Shown here one piece after another: positions 9,295 to 17,838 of a stretch of DNA of 64,000 nucleotides. The notes under the pieces were generated by a model. The model made no database searches. It saw only the letters and a program-made list of their open reading frames with translations, and was not told the origin of the DNA. Both the position numbers and the translations under genes were made by a program. Position 1 is the first letter of the stretch. The number at the start of each line of letters is the position of its first letter. Source of the stretch: Dehalococcoidia bacterium (GTDB lineage: Bacteria; Chloroflexota; Dehalococcoidia; Lucifugimonadales; UBA3495); NCBI GenBank assembly GCA_965207025.1, contig OZ242258.1, positions 858,841-922,840 of the forward strand. Reading direction: 5' to 3'.

Positions 9295-11046
9295 CTACGG
9301 CGGCGTGGCCTGCCCATGCTCGTTGTCGCCCCAGCAAACCACACTACCATCAGTTTTCACCCCGCAAGCATGTAATGCGCCGGCGCTAACCTGTCGAAAT
9401 GTCCCTGCTGGTGGCGAGGCGCGTCCTATGAAATTTCCCGATAGGTGATTGCTGCCCCAGCAGACAACGCCGCCGGCAGTATTAATACCGCAGGTATAGA
9501 ACAAGCCGGCACTGACTTGCTGAAATGTCCCCGAGGGCGGCGACGCTTGCCCCTCACTGTCATCGCCCCAACAAGAGACACCCCCATTTATCTTCACTCC
9601 ACAGGCGTGATCGTTTCCAGTGCTGATTTGCTGGAAGTCCTCCGATGCGGGTCCGCCGATATCGTCGTCACAGATGACGTATCCATCGAATGGGTTGTCC
9701 ATCAACCCACAGAGGTGATTTAGACCGTTACTGATCTGCTTGACAGGGATGATAGAGGGCAGTGGAGTTCTGATCCCCCAGCACTCAACGGTGCCATCCG
9801 TTTTCAGCCCGCAGGTGCTATTGCCACCCGCGCTTACCTGCTGAAAAGTACCTGTAGGTGGTATGGACTCACCATCAGCGTTGCTGCCCCAGCAAACGAC
9901 GCTGCCGTTGGACTTCACCCCGCAAGTATGGCCCCTGTCGTTAAAGCCGCTACCGCCAGCGCTGATCTGCTGAAAATCAGCATCGGAGGGAGGCGGATAG
10001 TCGTAGGTCTTGCCCCAGCAAACGACCGTGCCGTTAGTCCTCAACCCGCAGGTGTGCTTATGGCCAGCGGAGACCTGCACGAAATCCCCTGCCGCTGATA
10101 GTGTCATCGTAGCCGTTGGCTGCGCTGTTGCGGTAGGCATGGGACGAGCCAAGAAGGCCAAGCGGCTATCTATTTCGCTTACTGACAATGCAAATCCCAC
10201 CCCCTCTGCAGTGGAATGCTTGGAAGTGTTCATGCCAATCACTTCGCCATCCAGATTGACCAACGGTCCGCCACTGTTGCCCGGGTTGAGCGCAGCATCG
10301 GTTTGGAAATACTCGTAGCCGTCTATTTTTCGTTGCGACGATATGATTCCCCGGGTGACCGTTAGGTCGCCCCCTAATGTTGAGCTCAACGGAAACCCTA
10401 AGGCAATTACGTCGTCGCCAACTGCAACCTGTCGGGTGGTGCCCATGGCGATGGTGTCAAAATCGCTGCCGGAGTTCAGTCGCACTATTGCCAAATCCAT
10501 CTTGTCATCCCGGCCCAAGACGGTGCCCTGGTGTCTTTCACCTCCCAAAATCACCGTGACGTTGCGGCAGCAATCCACCCCGTGGGCATTGGTCGCTATC
10601 AACCCGCTGCTGTCATAAACGAACCCTGATCCGCTGCCGGAGGTCGTGACAATTCGCGCCACACTGGTTTGCATCCGGGATACCAAGTCTGCGACCGTAG
10701 GTGTCGCGGTGGGGAGAGGACGCGGCGTGGAAGTTGGCGGAGGTAGAGGCGTCGTTGTTGGCGATGGCCGGGGTGTATAGGTAGCGCGGGGCGTGTCAGT
10801 TGGAACGGGAGGCTGGGTAACCATGGGATGCGGCGCAATCGTTGGCGTGCTGGCAGGCGCGGTATCGGCAGTCGCCGGCACGTGAGGAGTCGCATCGCCG
10901 GCAACCCGCGTCAGCTCTGCGGAGACCGTTGCCGATACATCGGGCGCTTCCGGTGTTTCGACTGTGATGCAGCCCGACGCTGCCAGGGCCGCTGCCAGCA
11001 TGATGAGTGCGCAGCAGCTTGCGGCTACGCTAATCTCCCGCCGCAT
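9295..11046 (-). CDS. lipoprotein: trypsin-like (S1/HtrA-type) serine protease domain fused to a 7-repeat RCC1-like beta-propeller
   Basis: Signal peptide plus lipobox (LAASGC), a Pro/Thr-rich linker, protease motifs TNAHGV, DLAIV and GNSGGPLV, then seven repeats of the type H.CG.K.NG.VVCWG. Confidence 0.8.
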   Translation of the reverse strand: MRREISVAASCCALIMLAAALAASGCITVETPEAPDVSATVSAELTRVAGDATPHVPATADTAPASTPTIAPHPMVTQPPVPTDTPRATYTPRPSPTTTPLPPPTSTPRPLPTATPTVADLVSRMQTSVARIVTTSGSGSGFVYDSSGLIATNAHGVDCCRNVTVILGGERHQGTVLGRDDKMDLAIVRLNSGSDFDTIAMGTTRQVAVGDDVIALGFPLSSTLGGDLTVTRGIISSQRKIDGYEYFQTDAALNPGNSGGPLVNLDGEVIGMNTSKHSTAEGVGFALSVSEIDSRLAFLARPMPTATAQPTATMTLSAAGDFVQVSAGHKHTCGLRTNGTVVCWGKTYDYPPPSDADFQQISAGGSGFNDRGHTCGVKSNGSVVCWGSNADGESIPPTGTFQQVSAGGNSTCGLKTDGTVECWGIRTPLPSIIPVKQISNGLNHLCGLMDNPFDGYVICDDDIGGPASEDFQQISTGNDHACGVKINGGVSCWGDDSEGQASPPSGTFQQVSAGLFYTCGINTAGGVVCWGSNHLSGNFIGRASPPAGTFRQVSAGALHACGVKTDGSVVCWGDNEHGQATPP

Positions 11047-11049
11047 TCA

Positions 11050-11937
11050 CTACGCCTCCGGGAACGGATTCAACCCTAGCATCTCCCGCGCCTGTTGCGG
11101 CGTTGCCGGCTCCCGGCCGTGCAGCCGGGACATGGTGACCGCCCACTCGATGTACTCGGCGTTGGATTTGGGCTGTGGGTTGTTGGGCAGGTATGGGCTG
11201 TCCTCGAACCCGACGCGGATGTGGTAGCCGGTGGCGATGGCGATGGCGCACAGCGGGAAAGTCTGCCCCAGGCTGCTGTGGGCCAGCCACGTGGATTCGG
11301 GGTATCGCTCGCGGATGGTTTCGGCGATGAGGGTGTAGTTGCGCGGGGAGCCGACCATCGACTGCCGGCCGTCGCCCCAGTGCGCGCCCGGCTCCACCAG
11401 GAAATACCGAGTGTCCTTGATGTAGCCTTCCTGCATCAGGGTAAAGGCGTTGTTCACATCGCCCATGTCATGCACCGCCGGCTCGGGGAAAGTGCCGCGC
11501 TGGTAACAGGCGTCCAGCGTCGCGGTGATGTCCTCGAAGGAGTTGGGTGAAATCACGGTCCGTCGCCGACCGGTTTCGGGATCTGCTGCCCACCGGACAC
11601 CCATGCCGAGGTTGAGGGACACCATCTCCACCGGCTGGGGCGTTTCCAGCAGGTAGCGGGTTACGGCTTCCACCGGGACGTGGGACTGGCGGGCCGTGGT
11701 GTGGTTGAGTACCAGGTCGCACTGAGCGCGGATCATGGCGTCGGTCTGGGCGTACCACGCCGGGTCGTAGCTGATGCCCCCGTCGGGAGTGCGCGCGTGG
11801 ATATGCACGATGGACGCGCCGGCCTCGTAGCATCGCACTGCTTCCTGCGCCACTTCTTCGGGAGTCCAGGGTACGTGGGGATTGTGCTCGCGCCCCCGGC
11901 TGCCGTTCAAACATCCTTTGATAATGATGGTGTCCAT
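11050..11937 (-). CDS. 3-keto-5-aminohexanoate cleavage enzyme family (BKACE/DUF849)
   Basis: MDTIIIKGCLNGSRGREHNPHVPWTPEEVAQEAVRCYEAGASIVHIHAR is typical of the BKACE N-terminus. The ATG at 11937 was chosen. Confidence 0.8.
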   Translation of the reverse strand: MDTIIIKGCLNGSRGREHNPHVPWTPEEVAQEAVRCYEAGASIVHIHARTPDGGISYDPAWYAQTDAMIRAQCDLVLNHTTARQSHVPVEAVTRYLLETPQPVEMVSLNLGMGVRWAADPETGRRRTVISPNSFEDITATLDACYQRGTFPEPAVHDMGDVNNAFTLMQEGYIKDTRYFLVEPGAHWGDGRQSMVGSPRNYTLIAETIRERYPESTWLAHSSLGQTFPLCAIAIATGYHIRVGFEDSPYLPNNPQPKSNAEYIEWAVTMSRLHGREPATPQQAREMLGLNPFPEA

Positions 11938-12061
11938 ACTACTCTGCCTCTGTCTCTGTCTTATTTGGTTGGCTATGCTATCATAGGCCCGCCGGGGCCG
12001 CCTGCCGTGCCGTTTCCGGCATCTCATTTGCCTGTTCAGAAGTTTCACGGAGGAATTGCCG

Positions 12062-14386
12062 ATGCCGGACTACACCCCCAACATGGTCCTGACCAGCGAC
12101 AAGCAGTACAAGGTCGTTGGCACTCGCCCGGTGCGCCACGACGGCGCCGACAAAGTCACCGGGCTGGCCCGCTACAGCGCCGACCTTAACCTGCCCGGAA
12201 TGCTCTACGGGAAGGTCTTGCGCAGCCCTCACGCGCATGCCCGCATCAAGTCGATTGACACCAGCAAGGCCGAGGCCATGCCCGGAGTGCGCGCCGTGGT
12301 AACCGGCGCCGACATCGTGGAACCCACTGGCCGCGCGTCCGACCTGGCGGAAGGCGCAATGATCAACTTCAAGTTCCTGAGCAACAACATCATGGCCCAG
12401 GACAAGGCGCTGTACAAGGGACACGCCATCGCCGCCGTCGCTGCGGTCAACGCGCACCTGGCCGAGGAAGCCCTGAGCCAGATCGAGGTCGAGTACGAGG
12501 TGCTCCCTCCGGTGATGCACGCCCAAGAAGCGATGGCCGACGGCGCGACCTTGATCCACGAACGACTGGCCGCTTTCCACACGGCGGGCACCCGCGCCGG
12601 CGGCGTCCTGGATGACGACGACGACACCGCGGGAACCAACGTAGCCAACCACTTCGAGTTCCGCATGGGCGACATGGACGCCGGTTTCGCCGACGCCGAC
12701 GTGGTGGTGGAGCGCAGCGTTTCCACGTCCGCCGTTCACCAAGGCTACATCGAGCCACACGCAGGGACGGCCATGTGGCACGACGACGGCAACCTTACCA
12801 TCTGGTCCAGCAGCCAGGGCCACTTCACCGTCCGCGACCACACCGCGCGCCTGGTTGGCCTCCCGGTATCCAAGGTCAAGGCGATTCCCATGGAAATCGG
12901 CGGCGGATTCGGCGCGAAGCTGGCCGTGTACATGGAGCCGGTGGCCGCGCTGCTGGCCCGCAAGGCTCACGCCCCTGTCAAGCTCGCCATGAACCGCACC
13001 GAAGTCTTTGAGGCCACCGGGCCTACCTCTGGCACTGAGATTTCCTGCAAGATCGGCGCAACCAGCGACGGAAAAATCACCGCCGCCGAAGTGCATTTGA
13101 TCTTTGAGGCTGGCGCTTTCCCCGGTTCCCCCGTGCCCGGCGCCGCCAACTGCGTGCTGGCCGCCTACGATATCCCCAACACTTGGATTGAGGGATACGA
13201 CATCGTGGTCAACCGCCCCAAGACCGCGGCCTACCGCGCCCCCGGATCTCCGGCGGCGGCCTACTGCGTGGAAGTCGCGCTGGACGAACTGGCCGAAAGG
13301 TTGGGCATCGACCCCATCGACCTGCGGGTGATTAACAGCGCCAAGGAGGGCACCCGCCGTCCCACCGGCCCGCTAACTCCTAAAGTCGGCTATATCGAGA
13401 CACTGGAAGCTACCAAGGCGCACCCGCACTACACTGCCTCCAAGGACGGCAAGCGTCGCGGGCGTGGCGTCGCCTCGGGATTCTGGGGCAACAACACCGG
13501 CCCGTCCGCCGCCGTTGCGTTGGTGAACCCCGATGGCACTGTTACCCTTACCGAGGGTTCGCCAGACATTGGCGGCACCCGCGCCTCCGTTTCCCAACAA
13601 CTGGCCGAGGTGTTGGGCATACCCGTCGAGGACGTGAACCCGCAGATTGGCGACACCGACAGCATCGGCTTCACCTCGAACACCGGCGGCAGCAGCGTAA
13701 CCTTCAAGACCGGCTTCGCAGCCTACACCGCCGCCCAGGACATCAGGCAGCAGATGATCGCCCGCGCCGCCCGCATCTGGGAAGTGGAGCCGGAGGACGT
13801 GGAGTTTGAAGACGGCGTGCTCAAGCACCGGGCCGACGACCAGTTGCAGATGACCTTCCAGCAGCTTGCCGCCCGCCAGGTGCCAACCGGCGGCCCAATC
13901 GTGGGACGTGGCGGCGTCAACCCCGGCGGAGCCGGCCCGTGCATCGGCGTTCACATCGTTGACGTTGAGGTTGACGAGGACACCGGCAAGGTTGAAATCG
14001 TCCGTTACACCGCCGTCCAGGATGCCGGCAAGGCAATCCACCCCTCTTATGTGGAGGGCCAGATCCAGGGCGGCGCAGTGCAAGGCATCGGCTGGGCGCT
14101 CAACGAGGAGTATTACACCAACGATCAGGGCCACATGGTCAACTCCAGCTTCCTGGACTACCGAATGCCCACCAGCCTGGACTTGCCCATGATCGACACC
14201 TGCATCGTTGAGGTTGACAACCCCAACCATCCCTACGGCGTGCGCGGCGTCGGCGAGGTGCCGATTGTGCCTCCCATGGCCGCCATCGCCAACGCCATCT
14301 ACGACGCCATCGGCGTCCGCCTGACCGTGCTGCCCATGAACCCGGGCAACGTCCTGGAAGCCCTCTGGGACAAGAACGGCAGCTAG
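12062..14386 (+). CDS. xanthine dehydrogenase / aldehyde oxidase / CO-dehydrogenase family molybdopterin-binding subunit
   Basis: About 775 aa. The N-terminus VGTRPVRHDGADKVTGLARYSADL...GKVLRSPHAHARIKSID, plus GGGFGAK and the C-terminal YGVRGVGE block, are typical of the large subunit. SD GGAGGA is upstream. Confidence 0.88.
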   Translation: MPDYTPNMVLTSDKQYKVVGTRPVRHDGADKVTGLARYSADLNLPGMLYGKVLRSPHAHARIKSIDTSKAEAMPGVRAVVTGADIVEPTGRASDLAEGAMINFKFLSNNIMAQDKALYKGHAIAAVAAVNAHLAEEALSQIEVEYEVLPPVMHAQEAMADGATLIHERLAAFHTAGTRAGGVLDDDDDTAGTNVANHFEFRMGDMDAGFADADVVVERSVSTSAVHQGYIEPHAGTAMWHDDGNLTIWSSSQGHFTVRDHTARLVGLPVSKVKAIPMEIGGGFGAKLAVYMEPVAALLARKAHAPVKLAMNRTEVFEATGPTSGTEISCKIGATSDGKITAAEVHLIFEAGAFPGSPVPGAANCVLAAYDIPNTWIEGYDIVVNRPKTAAYRAPGSPAAAYCVEVALDELAERLGIDPIDLRVINSAKEGTRRPTGPLTPKVGYIETLEATKAHPHYTASKDGKRRGRGVASGFWGNNTGPSAAVALVNPDGTVTLTEGSPDIGGTRASVSQQLAEVLGIPVEDVNPQIGDTDSIGFTSNTGGSSVTFKTGFAAYTAAQDIRQQMIARAARIWEVEPEDVEFEDGVLKHRADDQLQMTFQQLAARQVPTGGPIVGRGGVNPGGAGPCIGVHIVDVEVDEDTGKVEIVRYTAVQDAGKAIHPSYVEGQIQGGAVQGIGWALNEEYYTNDQGHMVNSSFLDYRMPTSLDLPMIDTCIVEVDNPNHPYGVRGVGEVPIVPPMAAIANAIYDAIGVRLTVLPMNPGNVLEALWDKNGS

Positions 14387-14393
14387 CCACAAC

Positions 14394-14422
14394 GTAGGGG
14401 CGGGTTTCAAACCCGCCCCTAC
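14394..14422. repeat. palindromic element GTAGGGGCG...CGCCCCTAC (copy 1), terminator-like
   Basis: GTAGGGGCGGGTTT c AAACCCGCCCCTAC, with perfect 14-bp arms. Confidence 0.85.
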
Positions 14423-14454
14423 CAACATGGTTGACCATATTGAGGGGATTGACA

Positions 14455-14724
14455 ATGCCCGACGTTTGGATACCCGCACAAATGCAGCGCATCACCGGCG
14501 CTCCCGACCGGGTGCAGGTGGAAGGCGCAACCGTCCGGCAGGTCATCAACAACCTGGAACGGATGCACCCCGGCATCAAAGAGCTCCTCTACGATGAGGA
14601 GCTGGACGACATAACGCCGGGCCTCGCAGTCATCGTAGATGGCGACGTGAGCCAACTGGGTTTGATGGAGCGGGTCAGCGAGGATGCCGAAATGCACTTC
14701 CTACCCGCCATCGGCGGCGGGTAA
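14455..14724 (+). CDS. MoaD/ThiS-family ubiquitin-like sulfur-carrier protein
   Basis: About 89 aa ending ...FLPAIGGG (C-terminal Gly-Gly). SD GAGGGG precedes the ATG at 14455. Confidence 0.7.
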   Translation: MPDVWIPAQMQRITGAPDRVQVEGATVRQVINNLERMHPGIKELLYDEELDDITPGLAVIVDGDVSQLGLMERVSEDAEMHFLPAIGGG

Positions 14725-14757
14725 GGCAATCGCTGACATTCAGCGTAGGAGCGAAAG

Positions 14758-14785
14758 GTAGGGGCGAATCATTATTCGCCCCTAC
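14758..14785. repeat. palindromic element GTAGGGGCGAAT-N4-ATTCGCCCCTAC (copy 2), bidirectional terminator-like
   Basis: Perfect 12-bp arms (14758-14769 and 14774-14785), located between convergent genes. Confidence 0.85.
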
Positions 14786-14797
14786 GGTTTTCGCCAC

Positions 14798-16621
14798 CTA
14801 CTCCGGCAACAGCGTCAAGACCGCAACGGTACGACTGTAGTCTGTTCCCAAAGCAGACCCGAAGGTCACTACGCCCAATCCCTCTTGTGCCACTCGGAGG
14901 CGTTCCGGTTCGACGCCGAGGTCGTCCGCATCCAGTTGATTCAGGATGCTGCTGACGTTGATGTAGCCCAGGAACTGCCGGTCGGCCATCAGGTGGTCGG
15001 ACGCGCGTTGGTATTCAGCGTCTGCGGCCAGATTGACGCCGTTGCCGTCCTGCACATCAATGATGGCAGACAGGGCATCTTCGGTGCTCCCGATAGTCAG
15101 ATACTGGTCGTGCAGCACGTAGCCGGGCCGATAGGCTATCTCCCCACCCATCATCATTCCCAATAAGTCCAGGTCGAAAACGACGGCGGCGCTTTCCGCA
15201 CCCACGTCAGTTCGATTTGCCGCCAGCCCAACGTGCATTTCCAGCAAGTCCGCCACTTCGCCCATGGTGTCGGTCAAGCCGTCCTCGCCTTCCTCCAGGT
15301 AGGACAGCATTAGCGTCGCGTCAACGGCGTTGGCCGTCGGGTCATCGGATACGGCCTCGAAGTCGAACTCGTTGACGGCTACTATCATTTCGCCGGCCAG
15401 GTGTCCGAAGAAATCCGTTTCCAGGTCGATGCCCGTGAATTGTTTCGCCAGGTCGAAACCCAGGTCAAGAGCGTCCGCCAGCGTAGCGTCATTGTCAAAC
15501 GGTGGCGCTCCGTCCGGCGTCATACCGGCCAAATTGCTGTTGATCTCGTCCAACAGATTGGGGTCGGGCAACACGTCTCGGAGGTAATACTCCGCCAGTG
15601 CCTTGCGCCAGTTGTCAACGTTCGGGTCGAAGCCGGCGGCCATGAATCCCAGCGTGTCGTCGGGCAGCAGCAGCGCCGGGTCGCGCAGCTCGCTCACCTC
15701 AAGGCCAAAATCGGTGACGGTGGGAGATACCATCTCAACCACGACGCCACGCTCCACCCAACTCCCCGACATGGCTATCCATTCCGGGGCGCTTTCAGCG
15801 AATGTTGCCGGGCCGATTACTCCGGGCACGACGGGACCGAAGTCCCCGGCAGCGTCGCCGAGTAGATCGAGAGCCTGTTGGTAGTCAACGTACCCGGAGT
15901 GGAAGCGACGCTCCGGCAACGCCGTCCGCGCTGCTTGAAATTTCGCTTCGTCCGCTAAGGAACCATCTGCATCGCCATCTATGCGGTTCAACACGGAATG
16001 GAGAATTGACTCGTGGGTGGCATACACCAGCCAATCGCCGGTTAGACCATAGGCTTGGTGTTCCGAGTCGTCCACCCAGGTAGTGTTGCCACGGTGCGAG
16101 CCCGTGTCGAACTGTGCACCCGTTTCGTCCTCCATGTACTCTCGCCACTTCTCCATGAAGGTTCTTGCTGTGTCTTCATCGCGCACCTGGATGGTTATCG
16201 CGGCAGTTGGCAACTCCTGGTCAAGGTTGAAGTCGATTAGCCCCGCCGAAATCTCAGGGCCGGCCCAGGGCAGGACATCCTGTTCAAAGTCAATGCCGGT
16301 CTCGGTCAGAAATTCAAGCTTCATCTCGTCCACAAGGTCACGGAAACCGGGATATTCATTGAAACTACTCCAAATATCCGTCATATCTTGGACCTGGCCT
16401 TCGCCGGGCACCAGCGTAACCCAGGCGTAGGCGATGGTATCCGCCGGGTAATAGCGCGCCGAGTATTCCGGCTCTTTTGAATCCACCAACAGGGCCAGAA
16501 TCGCTCCCGGTATCGGAATCAGCCGGAAGTACATCGCCACTCCTACGGCAATTGCACCCACGATGACCACTGCAACTATTGCTCCCAGGATCTTCAAAAC
16601 TCTCATCCCGGTATTTTCCAT
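14798..16621 (-). CDS. membrane-anchored DUF3352-like protein
   Basis: Starts MENTGMRVLKILGAIVAVVIVGAIAVGV (N-terminal TM segment), followed by a large acidic extracytoplasmic domain. The family assignment is from memory of DUF3352 architecture. ATG at 16621 with GGAGAA upstream. Confidence 0.5.
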   Translation of the reverse strand: MENTGMRVLKILGAIVAVVIVGAIAVGVAMYFRLIPIPGAILALLVDSKEPEYSARYYPADTIAYAWVTLVPGEGQVQDMTDIWSSFNEYPGFRDLVDEMKLEFLTETGIDFEQDVLPWAGPEISAGLIDFNLDQELPTAAITIQVRDEDTARTFMEKWREYMEDETGAQFDTGSHRGNTTWVDDSEHQAYGLTGDWLVYATHESILHSVLNRIDGDADGSLADEAKFQAARTALPERRFHSGYVDYQQALDLLGDAAGDFGPVVPGVIGPATFAESAPEWIAMSGSWVERGVVVEMVSPTVTDFGLEVSELRDPALLLPDDTLGFMAAGFDPNVDNWRKALAEYYLRDVLPDPNLLDEINSNLAGMTPDGAPPFDNDATLADALDLGFDLAKQFTGIDLETDFFGHLAGEMIVAVNEFDFEAVSDDPTANAVDATLMLSYLEEGEDGLTDTMGEVADLLEMHVGLAANRTDVGAESAAVVFDLDLLGMMMGGEIAYRPGYVLHDQYLTIGSTEDALSAIIDVQDGNGVNLAADAEYQRASDHLMADRQFLGYINVSSILNQLDADDLGVEPERLRVAQEGLGVVTFGSALGTDYSRTVAVLTLLPE

Positions 16622-16800
16622 GGGTTTCTCCTGGCAGACATCCTCTGCCGCTAAACTGGTATAGGTTCCAGTGTAACACCCTATTCTCCTGCTTCTAATG
16701 CACCTGTCAGTCCCGCGATGACCGAATTTCCCGTTGACAACCGTTCCCGGTAGGGCTACATTGTTGAGACGCATCGTGCGCTTAAAACTTGAAAGTCATA

Positions 16801-16974
16801 CACCGGGCGCCATTACCCAAGTTCGGCTTAATTGGGAAGACGGTGAGAGTCCGTCGCGGTTGCGCCACTGTAAACGGGGAGCCGGCCGACGAATTGCCAC
16901 TGCCGCCGCAAGTAGCGGAAGGCGGGAAGGCGTCGGCGAGGCTTGGAGCCGTAAGCCAGGAGACCTGCCCGGTG
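16801..16974 (+). promoter_or_regulatory. cobalamin (B12) riboswitch aptamer
   Basis: AATTGGGAAGACGGTGAGAGTCCGTCGCGGTTGCGCCACTGTAA core, GCCACTG, and the B12 box AAGCCAGGAGACCTGCC (16953-16969). P1 is CACCGGGC (16801-16808) paired with GCCCGGTG (16967-16974). Confidence 0.92.
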
Positions 16975-17078
16975 TTGCCTTGGAATCCCGCTCTGCGCCA
17001 AACAGGGTCGTTCCACGAGGCATTGACCGGTTCACCGGTTTACATAGATGCCCTCTCCACCATTTGGTGGCGCTTACG

Positions 17079-17113
17079 ACCCTGGCTCAGTAGATATGCC
17101 AGGGTTTTTCTTT
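17079..17113 (+). terminator. riboswitch expression-platform terminator
   Basis: ACCCTGGC (17079-17086) pairs with GCCAGGGT (17098-17105), followed by TTTTCTTT. It lies 25 nt before the first gene. Confidence 0.65.
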
Positions 17114-17137
17114 AGTACGCAATAACGGACATAGCAG

Positions 17138-17836
17138 ATGACTACCGCCGAGACCGGCATCACAATGACCATAGTGGCCGTTGGGCCAGGCGACCCCGAG
17201 TTCCTGACCGTCAAAGGTCGGGAAGCTCTCGCTGGCGCTGACCTGGTGGTGGGCTTCAAGACCGTGCTGGACGTGGTGGCGGATCACACCGGGGGAGCCG
17301 AAGTGCGCCCGATGGCGTACCGCGACCAAGAGGCGGTGTTGGACTATGCCCAGGAGCAGGCGCAGCAGGGCAAATCCTGCGTGGTCTGCGTCTGGGGAGA
17401 CCTCAACGTGTCGGCGAAAGAGTTGCTCAACCGCGTGCGGCGTCGCGCCGATACCGTGAGATTGGTGCCCGGCGTCAGCAGCGTGCAAATCGCCTGCGCC
17501 CGCGCCGGCATCTCGCTCGAAGAATCGCTGTTTATCACGTTGCACCAGCGCTGGGACCGCGGCTCGGAGTTGGGTGAACTGGTCGATACCCTGCGCCAGG
17601 GCCGGCGCAACGTCATTCTGCTGCCGCGCCCCTTCGACTTCATGCCGCCGGCCATCGCGGCCAACGCCGTTTCCGACGGCGCAGACCCCGAGCATCCGGT
17701 GACCGTGTTCCAGCGCCTGAGCCTGCCCGACGAGCAGCGTTGGGACGGCACCCTGGCCGAATGCTCCCAACTGCCCGACGAGTTCAGCGACCTTTCCATC
17801 ATGGTGTTTCCCCGACCTGCCGAGGGCCACGACTGA
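17138..17836 (+). CDS. tetrapyrrole (corrin) methylase family protein, CbiE/CobI-like
   Basis: The N-terminus MTIVAVGPGDPEFLTVKGREALAGADLVVG is typical of TP_methylase enzymes. About 230 aa. The exact step cannot be assigned by eye. Confidence 0.6.
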   Translation: MTTAETGITMTIVAVGPGDPEFLTVKGREALAGADLVVGFKTVLDVVADHTGGAEVRPMAYRDQEAVLDYAQEQAQQGKSCVVCVWGDLNVSAKELLNRVRRRADTVRLVPGVSSVQIACARAGISLEESLFITLHQRWDRGSELGELVDTLRQGRRNVILLPRPFDFMPPAIAANAVSDGADPEHPVTVFQRLSLPDEQRWDGTLAECSQLPDEFSDLSIMVFPRPAEGHD

Positions 17837-17838
17837 AT

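Noticed and set aside
11981-14479. Long minus-strand ORFs (11981-13096, 371 aa; 13373-14479, 368 aa) antisense to the molybdopterin-subunit gene.
   Set aside because: They give Gly/Arg/Ala/Val-rich low-complexity translations typical of antisense frames in high-G+C DNA, whereas the plus-strand protein has clear family motifs. The same applies to 17344-18351, 18778-20013, 20851-21972, 23450-24610, 25715-26602, 35920-37062, 49626-50672, 54860-55837 and 61545-62384.
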